The notes below the pieces were generated by a model that had not been told where the DNA came from, did not search any database, and was given only the letters and a program-made list of their open reading frames with translations. This document shows, piece by piece, positions 60,629 through 64,000 of a stretch of 64,000 nt of DNA; position 1 is the stretch's first letter, and every line of letters starts with the position of its first letter. This stretch comes from an uncultured Ignavibacteriaceae bacterium. GTDB taxonomy: Bacteria; Bacteroidota; Ignavibacteria; Tepidaquicellales; Tepidaquicellaceae. The stretch is taken from the NCBI GenBank assembly GCA_964564635.1, contig CAZMAR010000002.1, positions 144,284 to 208,283 of the forward strand, given 5' to 3'. Made by a program: the position numbers and the translations under genes.

Positions 60629-63079
60629 TTAAAACTTAATTTGCACATCAAAATAATAATTCCTTTCTGCTGCAGGAATCCAGTATGGTGTTCCAAAAGC
60701 ATCAACACTGCCAGTCATTTCATAAAGTCTATCAAGTAAATTATTTACCTTAAATCTTATCTCAAATGATTTTAATAATTTTGCTATTTGAGTATTTTCA
60801 AAGGTTCTAACAAAATCGAAAGAAACACCAGCATTTAACACCGCATAGTCACTAATGTATTTATTAATATATCCAGGTGTATTTTTAAGAGAAGGGTTTT
60901 TTCTTTCATCCTCCGAGTTATCTAAATATTGCTTTCCTACATACTGCAATGATATATAAAAGCCTAATCCAAAATCAGAGTAGTAGTTTAAAGAAATATT
61001 TCCTATTATATCAGGGGTAAGTAAAATCCTATTGTCAGAATAATCATTACCATAAATAATATTACCAAGAGAATCAACGCCTAAAATTTCTCTATATTCC
61101 TTGAAATAGTTTTGTGATAAATTAAGATTACCTGTAATTGAGAATGGCATTAGAACATTTTTCCAGAATCCTGATTTTGAAGAAAGTAATTTAAATGGAG
61201 AGAATTCAAATTCAAACTCTATTCCTCTGTGAATAGACCTACCAGCGTTTCCATTGATTGGTTGTCCTGCAATGTCTAACTGTCCATTGTTAACAATTTC
61301 ATTTTTAAAATCCATAAGGTAAAAATTAATATTTGCTTTTAGCGCCGGGTCTTCAGAGGAAATATAACTTAAACCAAGTTCATAATTATACATTTCTTCA
61401 GGTTTAACAAGCGGGTCTTCATATCTGTTATTTATTGTATCAACGATTCTAAAATTTGGGTTTGCATACGGATTTTCTCCATCATATATATCTTTTAATC
61501 TGGGTTCGCGTTTAGCCAACGAAAAATTCACAAATGCCTTCAAATTATTATTAAAATTATAATTCAGTCCTAATCGTGGTGTTAAAAAGCTATAATCTAC
61601 TGTAAATTTATATTGTTTACCAATCCCCGGCTCAAATGTATATTGATGATTTACATATTGTATTCCCCCCATCACCGCGAGTTTATTAGTAATATTGTAT
61701 ACTTCATTTAGATACGCTGTAAAGGTTCTTTTTTTCCCATTGAAATAATAATATCTATAGTTTGCGGGTGTATTTGGTGGCAGGGCATTTCCAAAAGTAA
61801 TTTCTCCATAGTGTTCTGATTTATGTAACCTAACTTCACCGCCAAAAGTTAAAATACCCCTTTCATTACTATGTTTTAATTGCACTCTTGGATACCAACC
61901 CCAATCATCGTTATTAACAAATAACTTGGAAATAATATCACTCCTTACAATTTCATATCCATATCCGGGGCGGAAGTATAAACTACCATCAGGATTTCTG
62001 CGATAATATAAAGGATTAAATGCTGTTGAATCAAAAGTGTAAAAAGGCTGAAGACGGAAATACTCAAAATCATATCCATACGAAACAGGAAAGCTTGTAA
62101 TAAAATATCCATCACCTCTTATATAGGAAAGAGTGTTGGAAATAAACAAATTTTTCACTGGCTGAGTATTAATAACAAGTTCATAATGTGGCTGAAGGTA
62201 ATTGTCGGTTTCATCACCATAATTTAAGAAATTTACTTTTCTATCTTTCCGTTTATCTCCTGAGACTAAACCGTCCAGATACTCTCTTGTGACTCCTAAA
62301 TATGCAAGATGATTTCTGATTGGCGCTCCATAAATGTTCGCCTTAATTATTGTATTACCACCAAATATTTTGCCTGCGCTTATAAAATAAGACCAGTGAT
62401 TAGACCAGGACAAATCTCGATACCCATCGGATAAAGTTTTAGAAAATTTTGCATAGAATCCATATCCATTTTTTATAGTACCAGATGAATACTCAAAAGA
62501 AAATCTCTTTGAGTTATAACTGCCATATCCGGAGGATATATTTATAAAATTTCTTTTGAAATAATCTATTGTCTGAATATTTAATACTCCCCCTATACTT
62601 GATGCACCGTATAAAGCTGTTCCTATTCCTCTTTGAATCTGTATATTTTCAACGGAAGAAGTTATGTCTGATAAATCTACCCAATATACCTGATGATCTT
62701 CCGCATCATTTTGAGGAATTCCATTAATTAAAATTGAAATCCTTCTTTGGTCAAATCCTCTAATAGATAAATAAGAATATCCTACTGAAGCACCCGATTC
62801 TGAATATGCATTAATACTTGTATTCCCGATTAAGAACATTGGGAAATCCTGCATCCAATACTTTCTTTCAATCTTTTCGCGGATAACATTTTGAAAAGTT
62901 ATCGGAGTGACCCCTTCAATTCCTCTTAATGCTTCAACTTCAATAGTTTCCATTTTGTAGACTAAAGAGTCTGTTTTTTCTTCCTGTGCTGACAAATTAT
63001 TTGAGCAAAAGAAACAGAGGAAAGTTAAAACACACAGGAAGGAATTAAATTTTAAAATAATTTTAAAAGTGTTTTTCAT
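60629..63079 (-). CDS. TonB-dependent outer-membrane receptor (probable thiamine/thiamine-precursor uptake, by riboswitch context)
   Basis: Signal peptide, plug domain (ETIEVEALRG..., IRGFDQRRISILINGIP), a long beta-barrel and a C-terminal aromatic residue (...DVQIKF). A TPP riboswitch lies in the 5' leader. Confidence 0.9.
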   Translation of the reverse strand: MKNTFKIILKFNSFLCVLTFLCFFCSNNLSAQEEKTDSLVYKMETIEVEALRGIEGVTPITFQNVIREKIERKYWMQDFPMFLIGNTSINAYSESGASVGYSYLSIRGFDQRRISILINGIPQNDAEDHQVYWVDLSDITSSVENIQIQRGIGTALYGASSIGGVLNIQTIDYFKRNFINISSGYGSYNSKRFSFEYSSGTIKNGYGFYAKFSKTLSDGYRDLSWSNHWSYFISAGKIFGGNTIIKANIYGAPIRNHLAYLGVTREYLDGLVSGDKRKDRKVNFLNYGDETDNYLQPHYELVINTQPVKNLFISNTLSYIRGDGYFITSFPVSYGYDFEYFRLQPFYTFDSTAFNPLYYRRNPDGSLYFRPGYGYEIVRSDIISKLFVNNDDWGWYPRVQLKHSNERGILTFGGEVRLHKSEHYGEITFGNALPPNTPANYRYYYFNGKKRTFTAYLNEVYNITNKLAVMGGIQYVNHQYTFEPGIGKQYKFTVDYSFLTPRLGLNYNFNNNLKAFVNFSLAKREPRLKDIYDGENPYANPNFRIVDTINNRYEDPLVKPEEMYNYELGLSYISSEDPALKANINFYLMDFKNEIVNNGQLDIAGQPINGNAGRSIHRGIEFEFEFSPFKLLSSKSGFWKNVLMPFSITGNLNLSQNYFKEYREILGVDSLGNIIYGNDYSDNRILLTPDIIGNISLNYYSDFGLGFYISLQYVGKQYLDNSEDERKNPSLKNTPGYINKYISDYAVLNAGVSFDFVRTFENTQIAKLLKSFEIRFKVNNLLDRLYEMTGSVDAFGTPYWIPAAERNYYFDVQIKF

Positions 63080-63092
63080 AGCTTATTAATAT

Positions 63093-63167
63093 AAAAAAAA
63101 ACGCTTAAACTTTTTCCGAACCTGATAGCACCTACTCCAAATATAAGAAAGAAAAAATTTAAGCGTT
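63093..63167 (-). terminator. Riboswitch expression platform: long terminator-like helix followed by a U-run just upstream of the receptor ATG
   Basis: On the mRNA, AACGCUUAAAUUUUUUC (63167->63151) pairs with GAAAAAGUUUAAGCGUU (63116->63100) over 17 bp with one G-U. Seven U follow (63099->63093), ending 13 nt before the start codon. Confidence 0.55.
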
Positions 63168-63179
63168 GAAAAATTGTTT

Positions 63180-63322
63180 TAGTAATTTCCTACGCCGGTA
63201 TTACCCGTATCAGGTTCTATGGGTATGTTCTCAGCCTACTTTCTTCTGCTAATAGAAACAGTTCTCAGCAGAGAAAGAATCTTCCTAATTAAAAGGAAGA
63301 GTTGACAGCACCCCAATACATA
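63180..63322 (-). promoter_or_regulatory. TPP (THI-box) riboswitch aptamer with an expanded P3 region
   Basis: The minus strand reads GGGGUGC (63314->63308), a ~70-nt two-hairpin insert, then GGCUGAGAACAUACCCAUAGAACCUGAUACGGGUAAUACCGGCGUAGGAAA (ending 63186). This matches the conserved TPP core (GGGGUGC, CUGAGA, ACCC, CCUGAU..GG.UAAU.CC.GCGUAGG). Confidence 0.85.
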
Positions 63323-63500
63323 AAACTAATTTTCAAAGAACTATTCAAATTTATTGTAAAAATTTTCTTTAGTCAATACAATATAGAATTTATTTATAAC
63401 ATCTCATTTAAATTTTATAAAAATTAATATCTAACTTAATTAATGTATTGTAATATTTATAAAAAATTTTTAAATATGCATGTATTTAAATTTTTTTATA

Positions 63501-64000
63501 TTGGTTAAGAAGTTTAGTTCTGCTAAAATAATATTAGTATTAATTTTATTAACCTCTTCCTTTTCTTTTCCACAAAAAAGCACAATAGATAGCCTCGAAA
63601 ATGTGCTTAAAAATGCAAATACAGACTCTGTAAAAATTAATGCTGAGTTGGATTTGATTACCCTTTATGCTTCTGTTGACTCTACAATGTATGAAAAATA
63701 TTTGGCACAATTATTAAACGATTTGAATAACGAAAACCTGAAATTACCTTATACATTATACTATAAGATTGGAAAATTTTTTGAGTATTCAAAAAACGAT
63801 TTCTACACTGCAATTAAGTTTTATGAATTAGCATCTTCATCTGCAAAGGAAGAAAATAATTTACAACTTTACCTGGAATATAACGGTTGGCTGGGGTATA
63901 CTATCCTTAAAGCCGGTGATTTTCAAAGAGCAATTGAAATATTACTTTATTCTATATCATTTGCGGAAACAAATGAAATTATTAATAAATTACCGCGACT
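63501..64000 (+). CDS. Partial CDS (5' end): exported TPR-like protein, possibly the sensor region of a larger regulator
   Basis: My own translation from the TTG at 63501 is VKKFSSAKIILVLILLTSSFSFPQKSTIDSLENVLKNANTDSVKINAELDLITLY...FQRAIEILLYSISFAE. The frame stays open to the window end. It is not in the supplied ORF track, and the start codon is uncertain. Confidence 0.4.
   Translation, partial: MVKKFSSAKIILVLILLTSSFSFPQKSTIDSLENVLKNANTDSVKINAELDLITLYASVDSTMYEKYLAQLLNDLNNENLKLPYTLYYKIGKFFEYSKNDFYTAIKFYELASSSAKEENNLQLYLEYNGWLGYTILKAGDFQRAIEILLYSISFAETNEIINKLPR

Overview
This is an AT-rich (roughly 30% GC by eye), densely coding chromosomal segment. It probably comes from a Gram-negative FCB-group bacterium (Ignavibacteriota/Bacteroidota-like), because it has a T9SS-type C-terminal sorting domain, a TonB-dependent receptor and many TPR lipoproteins. 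Content is mostly housekeeping: ispF (5' end), dinB, a CspA-family gene, queA, and a complete sufB-C-D-S-E-T operon. It also holds a porin-pstS pair, der, comM/yifB, a dnaN-recF-DUF721(DciA-like)-gyrB cluster without dnaA, uppP and era. Further core genes are uvrB, clpS, dacB-like PBP4, NUDIX, mazG, an ALT-type aminotransferase, thpR, feoA-feoB, a rhomboid and cysS. A TPP riboswitch sits in front of the TonB-dependent receptor. I saw no rRNA, tRNA, CRISPR array, integrase, transposase or prophage signal, so there is no obvious mobile island. The most interesting items are: (1) a 1111-aa Dna2-architecture nuclease-helicase with a DUF4145-like N-terminal extension; (2) a two-gene cassette behind the longest intergenic region, encoding a YbjN-like protein and a cytoplasmic trypsin-like protease with a zinc ribbon and a YbjN-like domain; (3) a ~100-aa in-frame insertion in the DnaN clamp; (4) a three-half-site palindrome over the dinB start; (5) a TPR-cold-shock-domain fusion; (6) an isochorismatase-family gene broken by an in-frame TAG; (7) a 262-bp convergent gene overlap; (8) a sphingomyelin-synthase-like PAP2_C protein behind feoAB-rhomboid. 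All calls rest on motif recognition in the supplied ORF translations and on reading the DNA by eye. No database, HMM or folding computation was run.
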